DNA of 63,924 bases, filler included, from Lama guanicoe (GCA_013239625.1; 177 parts of 177 records of this genome joined end to end with filler, not necessarily neighbours in it); one strand, 5' to 3'; numbered from the whole stretch's first letter, positions 48,722 to 61,752 are shown. The notes: a model not told the origin generated them from the sequence alone. Numbers and translations are program-made.

Positions 48722-51007
48722 NNNNNNNNNNNNNNNNNNNNNNNNNNNNNNNNNNNNNNNNNNNNTTAATTAATTAANNNNNNNNNNNNNNNNNNNNNNN
48801 NNNNNNNNNNNNNNNNNNNNNATTCTACAGGGACACTAATACACTGGCAAATAACTTCTGTTGTCTTTTAGGGGCTATGCTATGCTCTTTGCTAACAATT
48901 TTTATCTCACTGTCTCTGATCATTATTACTCTGCAGGCAGTACTGTAAGAACCTTTCCACGAGAGCTGTCTCCCATTCTTTATCATTCTTTATTACTTAT
49001 ATGGCATTATATATTGCTCTATGTATATGTTTATACACACACACATATACAGTATATACAGATGGGCATACATATGTATACTTNNNNNNNNNNNNNNNNN
49101 NNNNNNNNNNNNNNNNNNNNNNNNNNNTTAATTAATTAANNNNNNNNNNNNNNNNNNNNNNNNNNNNNNNNNNNNNNNNNNNNCAAATGCTTATTTTTCT
49201 TCATATAAGCTGATCTACTGAAGTATCATCTTAAAGAACAGTGTTGGACAAAGTACAGTCCTGTTACAGTGAGAAAGCATCACTCTGCCAATTATAATGA
49301 CATTAGAAAACTCTGTTTTTGAACTACTGATCTGGGTCATATTCATTTATTTAAGTTTTTAGGGACTGTCTCTTTCTGGAGTAGAAATTGTAGCTTTGAC
49401 TTACAGAAATAATCAAGATTAATCATGTTCTGCAAAAGCTTTCTCNNNNNNNNNNNNNNNNNNNNNNNNNNNNNNNNNNNNNNNNNNNNTTAATTAATTA
49501 ANNNNNNNNNNNNNNNNNNNNNNNNNNNNNNNNNNNNNNNNNNNNCATTTGCCACTTTTCAGGGGATCCAAATACTGCCTTTTGTTTTTGGGCCGTTGTT
49601 TCATTGTTCTCCCTTTCAAAGTCTCACTCTTAAGACAATTGAGCCGCTTACCTTCATTCTAAAGTTTTTAAAGTCTCTTTATAAAACTATTAAACCTGTA
49701 ATTCTCATTTCCCATCATTATTTACTTAAGTGGCCTGGCCTCCATTACTGAGAGGGGTGCTGTCATACTCACATCTGCCCTTTTCGTTATGTGGTCACTG
49801 TGACAATNNNNNNNNNNNNNNNNNNNNNNNNNNNNNNNNNNNNNNNNNNNNTTAATTAATTAANNNNNNNNNNNNNNNNNNNNNNNNNNNNNNNNNNNNN
49901 NNNNNNNAACATGGTGGAAGGGAGGGAGGAGAGAAGGGGGCATCAAGAAAAGGCAATAATGAGGCTACCATCCCCTGCATGGCTACAGCCTGCGGGAATT
50001 TTGCAGTCCTACTACCATTCATTTATTCAATCATTCCTTCATTTCACAAACCCTGACTGAGGCGTGCCAGGTACTGAGATCCCCCACCCAGCTTCATTAG
50101 CCTTTTTCTCACAAGATCAGCGGTTCTACAAAGTCTTTAGAAAACTCAAGTCCATTTGTTTGGAAGGGANNNNNNNNNNNNNNNNNNNNNNNNNNNNNNN
50201 NNNNNNNNNNNNNTTAATTAATTAANNNNNNNNNNNNNNNNNNNNNNNNNNNNNNNNNNNNNNNNNNNNGGGCTGATTCAAAGGCTGCCCCCAAGTCCCC
50301 TTGTAAGCAAGGGGTTTGTACTCCTCTGAGCCTGTGGACACAAAGTCCAGATTCTGTTTGGCTTTATCACTTCATACACACCCCGGACAGGCCACCACGG
50401 GGGAGCCCAGGGGGGCATAGCCAGGAGCTACAGGGGGGGAGAACTGAGGGGCCAACTCAGGGACAGCTAATCCCCAACTGTGAAAAGTGGCTTGTGGCCC
50501 AAGAATCAGATTCCCTGGTCCAGAGATGGCTNNNNNNNNNNNNNNNNNNNNNNNNNNNNNNNNNNNNNNNNNNNNTTAATTAATTAANNNNNNNNNNNNN
50601 NNNNNNNNNNNNNNNNNNNNNNNNNNNNNNNTATTTGCCCTTTTGAATTTCTGAGACCCCACTAAAAAGGCTGATCCTTTATAAAGACTTCTTTGTTTAT
50701 TATGATTATTCTTCTGTATAGGAAACAACATTCAAAATGAAACTGTTCCTTCATTTTCCTGTAGCTTCCAGTTGCTTGGTATTTGTGTGACTTTCTGTGC
50801 AAGTTTGCAGTATTTTCAGTGGAACAGTAGACTAATTTTCCACCTTAATTAGAGCCATTAACAGTAATAAAACTATACTTATATAGATTTTTTNNNNNNN
50901 NNNNNNNNNNNNNNNNNNNNNNNNNNNNNNNNNNNNNTTAATTAATTAANNNNNNNNNNNNNNNNNNNNNNNNNNNNNNNNNNNNNNNNNNNNAGCCCCT
51001 TACCTCT

Positions 51008-51093
51008 GGGGGCCACCCTGGTACCCAGGCAGCACACGGCACAACTGGTAAGGGGGCCACCCTGGTACCCAGGCAGCACACGGCACAACTGGT
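51008..51093 (+). repeat. Perfect 42-bp tandem duplication (44-bp period)
   Basis: gggggccaccctggtacccaggcagcacacggcacaactggt at 51008-51049 and 51052-51093. Confidence 0.95.
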
Positions 51094-51355
51094 TAAGACT
51101 AAGACTGCGAGACTGTTAATGCCCAGACTGCACCAACATAAAAGCACGCAGAATAACCTCACTTTCTCCACTCAAGTTCCCCCTATAAACAAGACCATTA
51201 GGATTAAAGACTTCGGGTCTATGGGGAAGGAATCGCAGGTGAGACATAAAATCGTNNNNNNNNNNNNNNNNNNNNNNNNNNNNNNNNNNNNNNNNNNNNT
51301 TAATTAATTAANNNNNNNNNNNNNNNNNNNNNNNNNNNNNNNNNNNNNNNNNNNN

Positions 51356-51542
51356 GGGAAGAGGGGCAGGGGCTCCTCCGTCCCCTGAAAGTCGTTGCCG
51401 GTTGTGAGTGGAGGACAGTAATCGTGTTGACACGTAGAGTGTCTCTGGCCCAATAACCAGAAGTTCAGTAAATATTTCAGGTGAGAATGTGTGCAAAGTG
51501 CGTACAATCACACGAAGCACTCCCTTTCTGAGTGCCATTACA
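51356..51542 (-). mobile_element. Possible LTR 5' end
   Basis: Reverse strand begins TGTAATGG at a compositional boundary; CpG-retaining sequence follows. Family not recognised. Confidence 0.35.
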
Positions 51543-52803
51543 GCACTGTTAGGATTAATATTATTTGTAGTAGTATTTTATTTGACGACAGGAGAAGAAA
51601 GATGCAAAAACGTATTGNNNNNNNNNNNNNNNNNNNNNNNNNNNNNNNNNNNNNNNNNNNNTTAATTAATTAANNNNNNNNNNNNNNNNNNNNNNNNNNN
51701 NNNNNNNNNNNNNNNNNGGTGACAATGTGGTGGGACCAGGGCTGAGCCAGCGGGGCAGAGGGAGGAGGAGCTGGGAGGAGGGTGCCAGAGGGGTGCACAG
51801 TGGACCGGTCACTGGGCATCTGCAGGTTTGGATGCACTCTGCTGTGTGGGGTTCCAGGCCTCACTGGGTCTGGGGACGTGGGTGTGATGTGAGTCGGAAG
51901 GAGGCCGAGTACGCTTCGGACATCACCCCCCCATCTCTCCCACCCAGGCCCAGTGCTCATGGTCATGTTGCAGCCTCAGNNNNNNNNNNNNNNNNNNNNN
52001 NNNNNNNNNNNNNNNNNNNNNNNTTAATTAATTAANNNNNNNNNNNNNNNNNNNNNNNNNNNNNNNNNNNNNNNNNNNNTTTATTTATTTTTGTTTTTTG
52101 TTTCTTAAAGAACAGTGGTAGAGATCTCATTCCTAGCCTCCCAATGCTAGAGGCAAAATACAGCTTAAATTCAGTGATCTTAGAACCAGTCAGGGAAGAA
52201 GTACCATCTGACCTCAGCACAGCCAGTCCATCTCACCCTCTTGAAAACAACCCTGACTCTCACACCCAAGGCCAATGACCTTCCCTCGGCCTCTTAGGCA
52301 CTAGGAAATCTGCCTTCAGGTGAGCTGAGCTATTACTTCCTNNNNNNNNNNNNNNNNNNNNNNNNNNNNNNNNNNNNNNNNNNNNTTAATTAATTAANNN
52401 NNNNNNNNNNNNNNNNNNNNNNNNNNNNNNNNNNNNNNNNNTGTGACTAAATGACTGTAAAACTTTAGCAAGTTACCTAAGCTCCGCACATCTGTTCATG
52501 CTTTAGCCCACCAGCTATTATAATACTTCTCTTACTCATCTGATGGCAATGTTAAGAGCATCACGTAAAACAGTGTTGCCATTCTTTCCTGGAAACAATG
52601 TGCTCAGTTCCTGGGGAACCTAGAATAAAATGTAAATGCCTTACCATTACCTGTAATACTTTCCTTTCTCTCGCCCCTGACCCCCTTTCCAACTTCTCCT
52701 CCTNNNNNNNNNNNNNNNNNNNNNNNNNNNNNNNNNNNNNNNNNNNNTTAATTAATTAANNNNNNNNNNNNNNNNNNNNNNNNNNNNNNNNNNNNNNNNN
52801 NNN

Positions 52804-53065
52804 CCATACACTCACAGCAAACTAGCAAATGAGAAACTAAGAAAACAACGCCGCTGACAATGACCGTAACCAAACTGAAACACCCAGGAGGCACAGACCT
52901 GCACTCTGACAGCTGGGAGGCACTGGTGAAAGAAACCGAAGATGGCACAGACAGTGGGAAGATGCACTGTGCTCATGCATTGGAAGAAATCACACTGTTA
53001 AAAGGATCCCACACTCCAAGGCAATCTAGAGATTTGATGCCAATCCTAGCAACATACCGATGGAA
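52804..53065 (+). mobile_element. L1 ORF2 fragment, GC-shifted
   Basis: agacctgcactctgacagctgggaggcactggtgaaagaaaccgaagatggcacagacag...gctcatgcattggaagaa...aaggcaatctagagattt; DLHSDSWEALVKETEDGT vs recalled L1 DLYSENYKTLMKEIEDDT. Confidence 0.8.
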
Positions 53066-54252
53066 NNNNNNNNNNNNNNNNNNNNNNNNNNNNNNNNNNN
53101 NNNNNNNNNTTAATTAATTAANNNNNNNNNNNNNNNNNNNNNNNNNNNNNNNNNNNNNNNNNNNNAATAGGGTATGTTAGATGTAATGTGTTTGTAACAC
53201 ATGAGTTTAATATCAAAGCCTTTTGGATCATAACTAGGTTAAAATCAACATGATTTTAATCTTAGAGTAAAATCATTCTACCTGCATGTTTTTAATTAAT
53301 GAATTAATCTATGAATATTTGTTGATGTTGACCTCACTGTTAGAGATACACAGTGGAGTCTGGGTTCTTAAGTCCCTAATAAACTGCTCTTTGGAGCCTA
53401 CCATCCACATTCTATGACAGAAAGAGGNNNNNNNNNNNNNNNNNNNNNNNNNNNNNNNNNNNNNNNNNNNNTTAATTAATTAANNNNNNNNNNNNNNNNN
53501 NNNNNNNNNNNNNNNNNNNNNNNNNNNAGGATGCAGGCTGACCCCTCCTCCTCTCTCCTCCCTTCCCTCTCCTCCTTTCCCGTCACCCTCGCCCCACGTC
53601 AGTTCCCGGCACGCGGCTGCGCGGCAGTGGTCCTCGCCAGCCGTGCTCAGACACTCACAGTAGCTTCCAGGCAGAGGAGCCGCCAAGCCAAGAGCACCTG
53701 GCGTGCAGGCCACGCCGGAGGCCCTGCACACGTCACAGCGCGTGCGGCCTGGGCTCCCGAGCGTCCCGGGGAGGTGGCTTCACCCCAGTNNNNNNNNNNN
53801 NNNNNNNNNNNNNNNNNNNNNNNNNNNNNNNNNTTAATTAATTAANNNNNNNNNNNNNNNNNNNNNNNNNNNNNNNNNNNNNNNNNNNNAAAAGGAGTTA
53901 TATAAAGCCAACTTATTTTCATAAGTGTTACATAAAAAGGGCTATCTAAATCTATATTATTAAAGAATAAAATATACCAAATATATCTCCAAATTAATTC
54001 ATTTGCATGATATTTATAATTTTTGAAAATATAACTTACATATACATATCCATGCAGCTCTTGGGTTATCCACAGTACCCTAGTATACAGTTATTCCTAT
54101 TAAACATAAAAAATGCAATAGGCAAGGTTCAGGCCCTTGCTTTTGAACTGANNNNNNNNNNNNNNNNNNNNNNNNNNNNNNNNNNNNNNNNNNNNTTAAT
54201 TAATTAANNNNNNNNNNNNNNNNNNNNNNNNNNNNNNNNNNNNNNNNNNNNG

Positions 54253-54513
54253 CAGAAGTTTCTGAATCTTGGGGATACGGGTTGAGCCTCCCACCAGGAC
54301 GATGTCATGGATCTGAGACTTGTCCAGTTTCGCATCCCGAAGGGCTTTCTCCACAGGGTCCAGGGTGCCACGGAAAAGGTCAGCATTTAATTCCTCAAAT
54401 CGGGCACGGGTAATGGAGGTATAGAAGTCGATTCCTTCGTAGAGGGAATCAATCTCAATACTGGCCTGGGTGCTGGAAGAGAGAGTGCGCTTAGCACGCT
54501 CACAAGCAGTGCG
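54253..54513 (-). CDS. HSPA8: Heat shock cognate 71 kDa protein (HSC70) ATPase-domain fragment
   Basis: 87 uninterrupted codons: [107 protein letters not shown] and KSQIHDI favour HSPA8 over HSPA1/HSPA2. The ORF track shows only a wrong frame here. Confidence 0.93.
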
Positions 54514-54613
54514 NNNNNNNNNNNNNNNNNNNNNNNNNNNNNNNNNNNNNNNNNNNNTTAATTAATTAANNNNNNNNNNNNNNNNNNNNNNNNNNNNNNN
54601 NNNNNNNNNNNNN

Positions 54614-54875
54614 CTTTTTCAGATTCTTTTCCATTATAGATTATTACAAGATATTGAATATACTTCCCTGTGCTATATAGTAGGTCCTTGTTGTTTACCT
54701 ATTTATATATAGTACTTTGTTTCTGCTAATCCCAAACTCCCAATTTATCCCTCCTCACCACCCCTTTCCCCATTGGTAACCATAGTTTGTTTTCTATGTC
54801 TGTGAGTCCATTTCTGGTTTGTAAATAAGTTCATTTGTATCATTTTTAAAGATTCCACATATAAGTGATATCATA
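54614..54875 (-). mobile_element. L1 3' UTR (cetartiodactyl-type)
   Basis: cagattcttttccattatagattattacaagatattgaatatacttccctgtgctatatagtaggtccttgttg...ggtaaccatagtttgttttctatgtctgtgagt...gattccacatataagtgatatcata. Confidence 0.88.
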
Positions 54876-55387
54876 NNNNNNNNNNNNNNNNNNNNNNNNN
54901 NNNNNNNNNNNNNNNNNNNTTAATTAATTAANNNNNNNNNNNNNNNNNNNNNNNNNNNNNNNNNNNNNNNNNNNNAAGTAGTCCTTTTGGAGAGGTGAAT
55001 GCCATTTACCCCACAAAACAGCTTCTGGGCTCTGTCCCCATCTCAAGGGGGAACGAAGGGACAATTCAGGGACTGCACAGTTAATCTGACCTGGTCTGGT
55101 CAGCTTGGAGGGTCTGAGAGATTGTAAGACAACCCTGTCCTCCAAGTCTTGGAGGCTGATCAGGGAGGCCTGATTGTGAAAGGCCTCAGTGAGACCATCT
55201 ATGTCTCTCCTGGCTTTGGCCCTCATTAGGGGGTCCTNNNNNNNNNNNNNNNNNNNNNNNNNNNNNNNNNNNNNNNNNNNNTTAATTAATTAANNNNNNN
55301 NNNNNNNNNNNNNNNNNNNNNNNNNNNNNNNNNNNNNCACAAAACAAACGTGAAGCTTAGTGAATTCTTACAAAAAGAATAACCTTA

Positions 55388-55599
55388 TATGGTTCAATAT
55401 CTGCAAATCAATGTAATACACCACAGTAACAAATTGAAAATTTATCACGTTCACCTCAATAGACGCAGAAAAAGCTCCTGAGAAATTTCAACATCCACTT
55501 ATGATTAAAAACTTTCCACAAAGTGTGTAGAGAGGGAACACACCTCAACATAATAAAGGCCACATAGGATAAACCCACAGCCAACATCATACTCAACAG
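55388..55599 (+). mobile_element. L1 ORF2 RT N-terminal fragment
   Basis: Fragments WFNICKS...SIDAEKA...QHP...EGTHLNIIKAT*DKPTANIILN with frameshifts and a stop. Confidence 0.9.
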
Positions 55600-55699
55600 N
55601 NNNNNNNNNNNNNNNNNNNNNNNNNNNNNNNNNNNNNNNNNNNTTAATTAATTAANNNNNNNNNNNNNNNNNNNNNNNNNNNNNNNNNNNNNNNNNNNN

Positions 55700-55961
55700 G
55701 GGGCGAGGCCCCCTCCCGCCGGCGCCCGCCGCCCGCCGCCCGCTTCCACTCTCGACTTTGCCGGTGCGCGGCGCCTGCCCTTGCTCTGGCGGCCGAGACT
55801 CCCGTGCCCGCGCCCCGGCGCCGTGGGCGCTGCGGTCCCTGCGCAGCTGGGGCGGCGCGTCACGGGCATCTCCCGCCTGGCGGCTGGCTCCGCGGCAGCG
55901 GGCGGCCGGGGGGCAACGCGGGGCAGCCCGGCCCCGCGCCCCCTCCTCGCCCGCCCCGCGG
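55700..55961. promoter_or_regulatory. CpG-island fragment
   Basis: Extremely GC- and CpG-rich throughout, with GC-box-like motifs (ccgccccg) and cgtcac. Confidence 0.75.
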
Positions 55962-56061
55962 NNNNNNNNNNNNNNNNNNNNNNNNNNNNNNNNNNNNNNN
56001 NNNNNTTAATTAATTAANNNNNNNNNNNNNNNNNNNNNNNNNNNNNNNNNNNNNNNNNNNN

Positions 56062-56171
56062 TTTTTTTACAGCTGAGTAGTATTCCATTTTTTTCTATCT
56101 ATATCTATATCTATATCTGTATCTCTATTACTACAACTTCTTTATCCAGCAATCTATCGATGGACATTTGA
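56062..56171 (-). mobile_element. L1 3' fragment with internal (ATCTAT)n tract
   Basis: acagctgagtagtattccatt...(atctat)n...acaacttctttatccag...gatggacattt. Confidence 0.7.
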
Positions 56172-59100
56172 TGCAAGTGCATTGAAAAGGTGGAGAATCC
56201 CATGTAATGTTAATCTTACCAACATAGAACCTTTAATGACTACTGTTCCTAAATTGTAGAAAGGTCACAGTAAGTGAATTCCTCTTTTGTGCTGTGGGAC
56301 TATGAATGTTACTGATGACTGAGNNNNNNNNNNNNNNNNNNNNNNNNNNNNNNNNNNNNNNNNNNNNTTAATTAATTAANNNNNNNNNNNNNNNNNNNNN
56401 NNNNNNNNNNNNNNNNNNNNNNNCTTTGCACACCAGTGTCTCTCACTGAATACGTATTTCCAGTTTGTTCTAATCTCAATTAACTGTGTACATACTTTAC
56501 TTAACTTTACTTCCTGATTTCCATGTACCTGCATAATCATGCTGATTTTTTTTACTAAATTTATTATATTATTAGTTTCTTAATATCCCATTCAAGATAG
56601 ACTGTAATTTTCCCAATTTTTGCTGTTATAGTGTGGAAATTCATGTTCCCAATTTTACTCTTGATATTTTTCAGCTCTGCCATCGNNNNNNNNNNNNNNN
56701 NNNNNNNNNNNNNNNNNNNNNNNNNNNNNTTAATTAATTAANNNNNNNNNNNNNNNNNNNNNNNNNNNNNNNNNNNNNNNNNNNNAGGTAAGTGTGTTTG
56801 CGTCCGCGTGTCTTGAGCAGGGTGGTCCCAGTGCATGCCTCACCTCCACTTCATACACGTCAACAAAGGCGGAACATTCACATGCAATTGTTGGCCACGT
56901 TTCCGGTCTGGGATTCTGGGGCATTAAAAATCATACTCAGTCTGCACCCTGTCTCCTCATCCCTCCAGAGGAGCCCGTGACTCCACGGTGATCTTGATGT
57001 TACTCATCACTATCTTATTTACTTACTTTTCTATCTTTAAACAGCATNNNNNNNNNNNNNNNNNNNNNNNNNNNNNNNNNNNNNNNNNNNNTTAATTAAT
57101 TAANNNNNNNNNNNNNNNNNNNNNNNNNNNNNNNNNNNNNNNNNNNNGGATTTCCTGCAAACCCCCCTAGCATTCCCTGGTACAGAGACATTAGGATAAA
57201 ACCCAGTGGATTCGAGATTAGGCATTCAGTTAGAACCAACGCCCTGCCGACCATTGGTGGAACCTCCCCAATCTCAGGATTCCTGAACCATTGTAAGAGC
57301 GTGGGGGAGCTCGAGAGACAAACCGACACAGCTCTTTTCAGTCACAGGTGTTCCCTGTTGGGGGAATTCTGAGAAATACCTTCCGTAACCTTGGGGAGGC
57401 AGTCTCTGNNNNNNNNNNNNNNNNNNNNNNNNNNNNNNNNNNNNNNNNNNNNTTAATTAATTAANNNNNNNNNNNNNNNNNNNNNNNNNNNNNNNNNNNN
57501 NNNNNNNNAACATTCTAAGCACTTTCTGTAGATTAGAGGCCCATGAACTCTCTTTTCCCTTCTTGTTGGCATAACTTTATGAATAATAGTATGGAACTTC
57601 AGTTGTCTCTTTGGGACTTAAGATCTCCCCAAACTGACTCCCCTAAGACCTTCCCCTTCCCATTTTTCTGTTCCTCCTCCTTCCTTTGTAACCTCCAATT
57701 TTCCCTTCAACTCCCTTGAATTCTTTGGTATATCCGCCTTCAAATCCTCCTCCATCCCTTTGTGTGACGTNNNNNNNNNNNNNNNNNNNNNNNNNNNNNN
57801 NNNNNNNNNNNNNNTTAATTAATTAANNNNNNNNNNNNNNNNNNNNNNNNNNNNNNNNNNNNNNNNNNNNGGGTAATATCGACCAGGCCTTGATCACGGT
57901 GCCGGGGGAAGAAATGGAGGTGTTGACATCAACCTCCCTGGGACCATGTGGGCCAGGAGAAGGGAGGCAGCAGCCTTCAAAAGGAAAAGAGGCCAACGGA
58001 CACCAGACAGGCAACCATGGGTGTCCATGGCAGCCCTGCCTGCACGTGGCCCCCTCACCCTGGATCAGACTTGGCCTCTTTTTCCCCTCAGCTTTTGTCC
58101 CTCTGTTTCCCCTAAACCTCCCCTGTGATCAANNNNNNNNNNNNNNNNNNNNNNNNNNNNNNNNNNNNNNNNNNNNTTAATTAATTAANNNNNNNNNNNN
58201 NNNNNNNNNNNNNNNNNNNNNNNNNNNNNNNNAGTAGTAATGGAAACGTATATCAATTATAAACATGTCCTAAAAAATATGATATCAGGTCACTTTATTT
58301 TTAACTTTTCATGGTTTAAAATGATGGGAAGAAGACATATATCATTCAATGTAAAAATTTAAAAAAAAAACATTAACCCAGATGTGACAATCTGATTATT
58401 AAATGCCTAACTATATGACTTTTGCCCTTCCCAACCTACTCCCACATATATCCCCACTGTGGTCAGCTATAACAATTAAGAGGGTGTTCTAGTANNNNNN
58501 NNNNNNNNNNNNNNNNNNNNNNNNNNNNNNNNNNNNNNTTAATTAATTAANNNNNNNNNNNNNNNNNNNNNNNNNNNNNNNNNNNNNNNNNNNNACAAGG
58601 AAATCCCTGGCATGGCCGCTGTAAGTCTTGGAAGTCCCTGCCAGCTGCCAAGGCCCAGAATCACCCCTAGGAACAGCAACAGCCTGAGCGGACAACTACC
58701 GGGTGGCTCCAGAGTGCAGGTGGGGCAGCCCCAGACTGGGAGAGGGCTGCGGGAGCCTGCCCCTGACCTAACCTTACTGGGGTGTGTGGAAGGATGTGAC
58801 TAATCATGTGTGCTGGGCCGGACATAAGGTCCTACATAACTGTAGGAGGCTCTGATNNNNNNNNNNNNNNNNNNNNNNNNNNNNNNNNNNNNNNNNNNNN
58901 TTAATTAATTAANNNNNNNNNNNNNNNNNNNNNNNNNNNNNNNNNNNNNNNNNNNNAACTGGGGACCAGCATCACCTCAATTCCTCTTACCCACTGTTGG
59001 GAGAGAGCTCACATCCCTCCATCCTCTGCTTCTGGGTTATTTTGCAAATACATCTTGAACCTGATTCCTGGGCCATTTATTAGCAGTTTTGAAGATGAAT

Positions 59101-59680
59101 TATTGGGGGACAAATGCTGTGGGGCATAGGAGGGGTTCCATGGGTGGCAACTCTTGTAACTTCATAAAAGACAGTACAAGCAGCAAGTACTGTCCCCAAG
59201 TCCAGGCCGTTGCAGCCCNNNNNNNNNNNNNNNNNNNNNNNNNNNNNNNNNNNNNNNNNNNNTTAATTAATTAANNNNNNNNNNNNNNNNNNNNNNNNNN
59301 NNNNNNNNNNNNNNNNNNTCTGATAAAAAAGAAAACATCAATTCAAAGTAGCATTTTCTTATCTCAAAGCAAAAAATGAAAAACAGTCACCAGACTCCTA
59401 AAGTATGACAGATGACTGTCAGCTTGAATATATGAGGAAATGTTCAAAGAAGAAAAGGTCTACAAAGATAAGTTTAATTTGGATAAGCTGAAGTTAGGGG
59501 AAAGGCATTCCAGGCAGTGCTAATAAGATGGACAGAAGCAAGGAAGCTAAGTCAAGGCAGTTGTTTGAGAGGGGAGGGTCNNNNNNNNNNNNNNNNNNNN
59601 NNNNNNNNNNNNNNNNNNNNNNNNTTAATTAATTAANNNNNNNNNNNNNNNNNNNNNNNNNNNNNNNNNNNNNNNNNNNN

Positions 59681-59860
59681 TCTTTTATTGTTCCAACTCC
59701 CTGGTCTTTGTTGTAAAGTTCCTATATAACCCTAGCTCCTCCCCTACTTCTTGGAAGCAGTCCCTCAGAGAGATTTGAAGGCTGTCATCCCGCCTCGAGT
59801 CCTCCCGCTAAAAAAAGCATAACTCTAAACTTTCAGGCTACACATTTCTTTACGTCGACA
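59681..59860 (+). mobile_element. ERV1-type LTR 3' portion
   Basis: TATATAA at 59723-59729, gcagtccctcagag...cataactctaaactttcagg, ending ...gtcgaCA at 59860. Confidence 0.7.
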
Positions 59861-60766
59861 AATTCCAGAATAGACACAGCTCATGAATGCTGCAATGGAA
59901 CACACTGGATCAGGAACCAAAATCGTGTTCTAGTCCACAAAANNNNNNNNNNNNNNNNNNNNNNNNNNNNNNNNNNNNNNNNNNNNTTAATTAATTAANN
60001 NNNNNNNNNNNNNNNNNNNNNNNNNNNNNNNNNNNNNNNNNNAAATTCCAGAGGATGAGAGATAAGCCCTGAGAAAATTCAGTAAATATCAATGAAGTGT
60101 GTAGGGCTCTCATGGCCTAGGGCATGCCAGAACATGTCCTCCAAAGTAAAGGATAAGTTAATGTACTTTGAATCTCTCACAAACAAGAAAGAAGCATAAT
60201 GCTTGTTAGGTCTCTTTGGATTCCACAGCTTGCAGCACATTTGAAATACTGCTCCAATCCACTTATTGGTGGCATAAAAGCTTTCCAACTTTGAAGGGAT
60301 CTAGNNNNNNNNNNNNNNNNNNNNNNNNNNNNNNNNNNNNNNNNNNNNTTAATTAATTAANNNNNNNNNNNNNNNNNNNNNNNNNNNNNNNNNNNNNNNN
60401 NNNNCAGAATCTCTCCCAATCCAAATTCCTCTTCAGCCTCTTACCCTGTAAGGCCTCATTATCCTTTGCTTCATCCCATACCTGCCATGATCAAAAGTCC
60501 ACCACTCCTCTGACAAGAGCCTGTTCCTGACTCTAACAGCTCCATCTTCCACGCCACTACATCACTTCACCTCTAGAAGGTCACATAGCCTGATTCCCCA
60601 TCTCAGTTTTCCCCGGGCACTGAGAGCATCTGTGATCTACATTCTCCCAAAATTTCAAAACTATTCNNNNNNNNNNNNNNNNNNNNNNNNNNNNNNNNNN
60701 NNNNNNNNNNTTAATTAATTAANNNNNNNNNNNNNNNNNNNNNNNNNNNNNNNNNNNNNNNNNNNN

Positions 60767-61028
60767 CGTGTTAGTATTTCGTTCCTTTTTGTGGTTGAGT
60801 AATAGTCCTCTGGAGAGATAGGCCACATTTTGCTTATCCACCCATCCGTGGATGGACATTTGAGTGGTTTCTACTTTTGGCTGCTGTGACTAATGCTGCT
60901 ACAAATTTTTGTGTAGGCATCAGTTTCCTCTCTCCCGGGTGTAGCCTCAGGGGTGGAATTGCTGGCTCATACTACAATCCTATGTTGGACTTTTTGAGAA
61001 ACTCTTGGGCTGTTTTTCAAAACGACTG
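60767..61028 (-). mobile_element. L1 ORF2/3' fragment
   Basis: ccacattttgcttatccacccatccgtggatggacatttgagtggtttctacttttggctgctgtgactaatgctgct...ggaattgctggctcata. Confidence 0.88.
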
Positions 61029-61128
61029 NNNNNNNNNNNNNNNNNNNNNNNNNNNNNNNNNNNNNNNNNNNNTTAATTAATTAANNNNNNNNNNNNNNNN
61101 NNNNNNNNNNNNNNNNNNNNNNNNNNNN

Positions 61129-61315
61129 AAAAAGGAGTAGAAAACAATGGAATTAGCAGACAAAGATGTTAAAACATCTATGATAAATATACTTAAGGAT
61201 TTATAGAAATAAAGACATGGTGAGTAGAGAAATAGAAGATATAAAAATAATAAAACATACATCTAGAAATAAAAACAGTATCTGAAATAAAAAATCCTCT
61301 CGGTGGATCTATCTC
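61129..61315 (+). mobile_element. Old L1 ORF1-region fragment
   Basis: ggaattagcagacaaagatgttaaaacatctatgataaatatactt...ctagaaataaaaacagtatctgaaataaaaaat...ggtggat. Confidence 0.6.
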
Positions 61316-61490
61316 CCTTATCTCATTTCCCCTAAGTAATAAAGACTTAAATCTGCAGGGAGGAAAGCATCACAATTATAGCCTGAAGATNNNNNNNNNN
61401 NNNNNNNNNNNNNNNNNNNNNNNNNNNNNNNNNNTTAATTAATTAANNNNNNNNNNNNNNNNNNNNNNNNNNNNNNNNNNNNNNNNNNNN

Positions 61491-61752
61491 GGCCTTCCAG
61501 GGACAGACCCCTCCCCCATGTCCTCTGCTGCAGCTCCTCCCTGATAACAGTATCTCCTGTATGTTTCCTGAGTGTTTCAGATGCTAAAAACCACCACCAA
61601 AGGGAAGCAATTAACTACTTGCTAATGGAGAGAATGTGGCCCCCAGACCTCCTGGTGCCAAGGGCACCATAGGGTTGACCGCCCTTTTACCTCACCATCA
61701 CCCAATCAGAGAATTGTGCAGGAGCTGATCACCTACCCTAGGACGCCCCTCC
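61491..61752 (+). mobile_element. ERV1-type LTR U3 fragment
   Basis: gataacagtatctc...tttcctgag...ttacctcaccatcacccaatcagagaattgtgcaggagctgatcac, a recalled laurasiatherian ERV1 LTR motif with CCAAT box. Confidence 0.7.

Noticed and set aside
54204..54386. [17 protein letters not shown]... from the track
   Set aside because: Alternative frame overlapping the real HSPA8 frame.
57871..58132. Plus-strand frame open across the whole contig
   Set aside because: No recognisable homology; the distal half is low-complexity pyrimidine-rich sequence.
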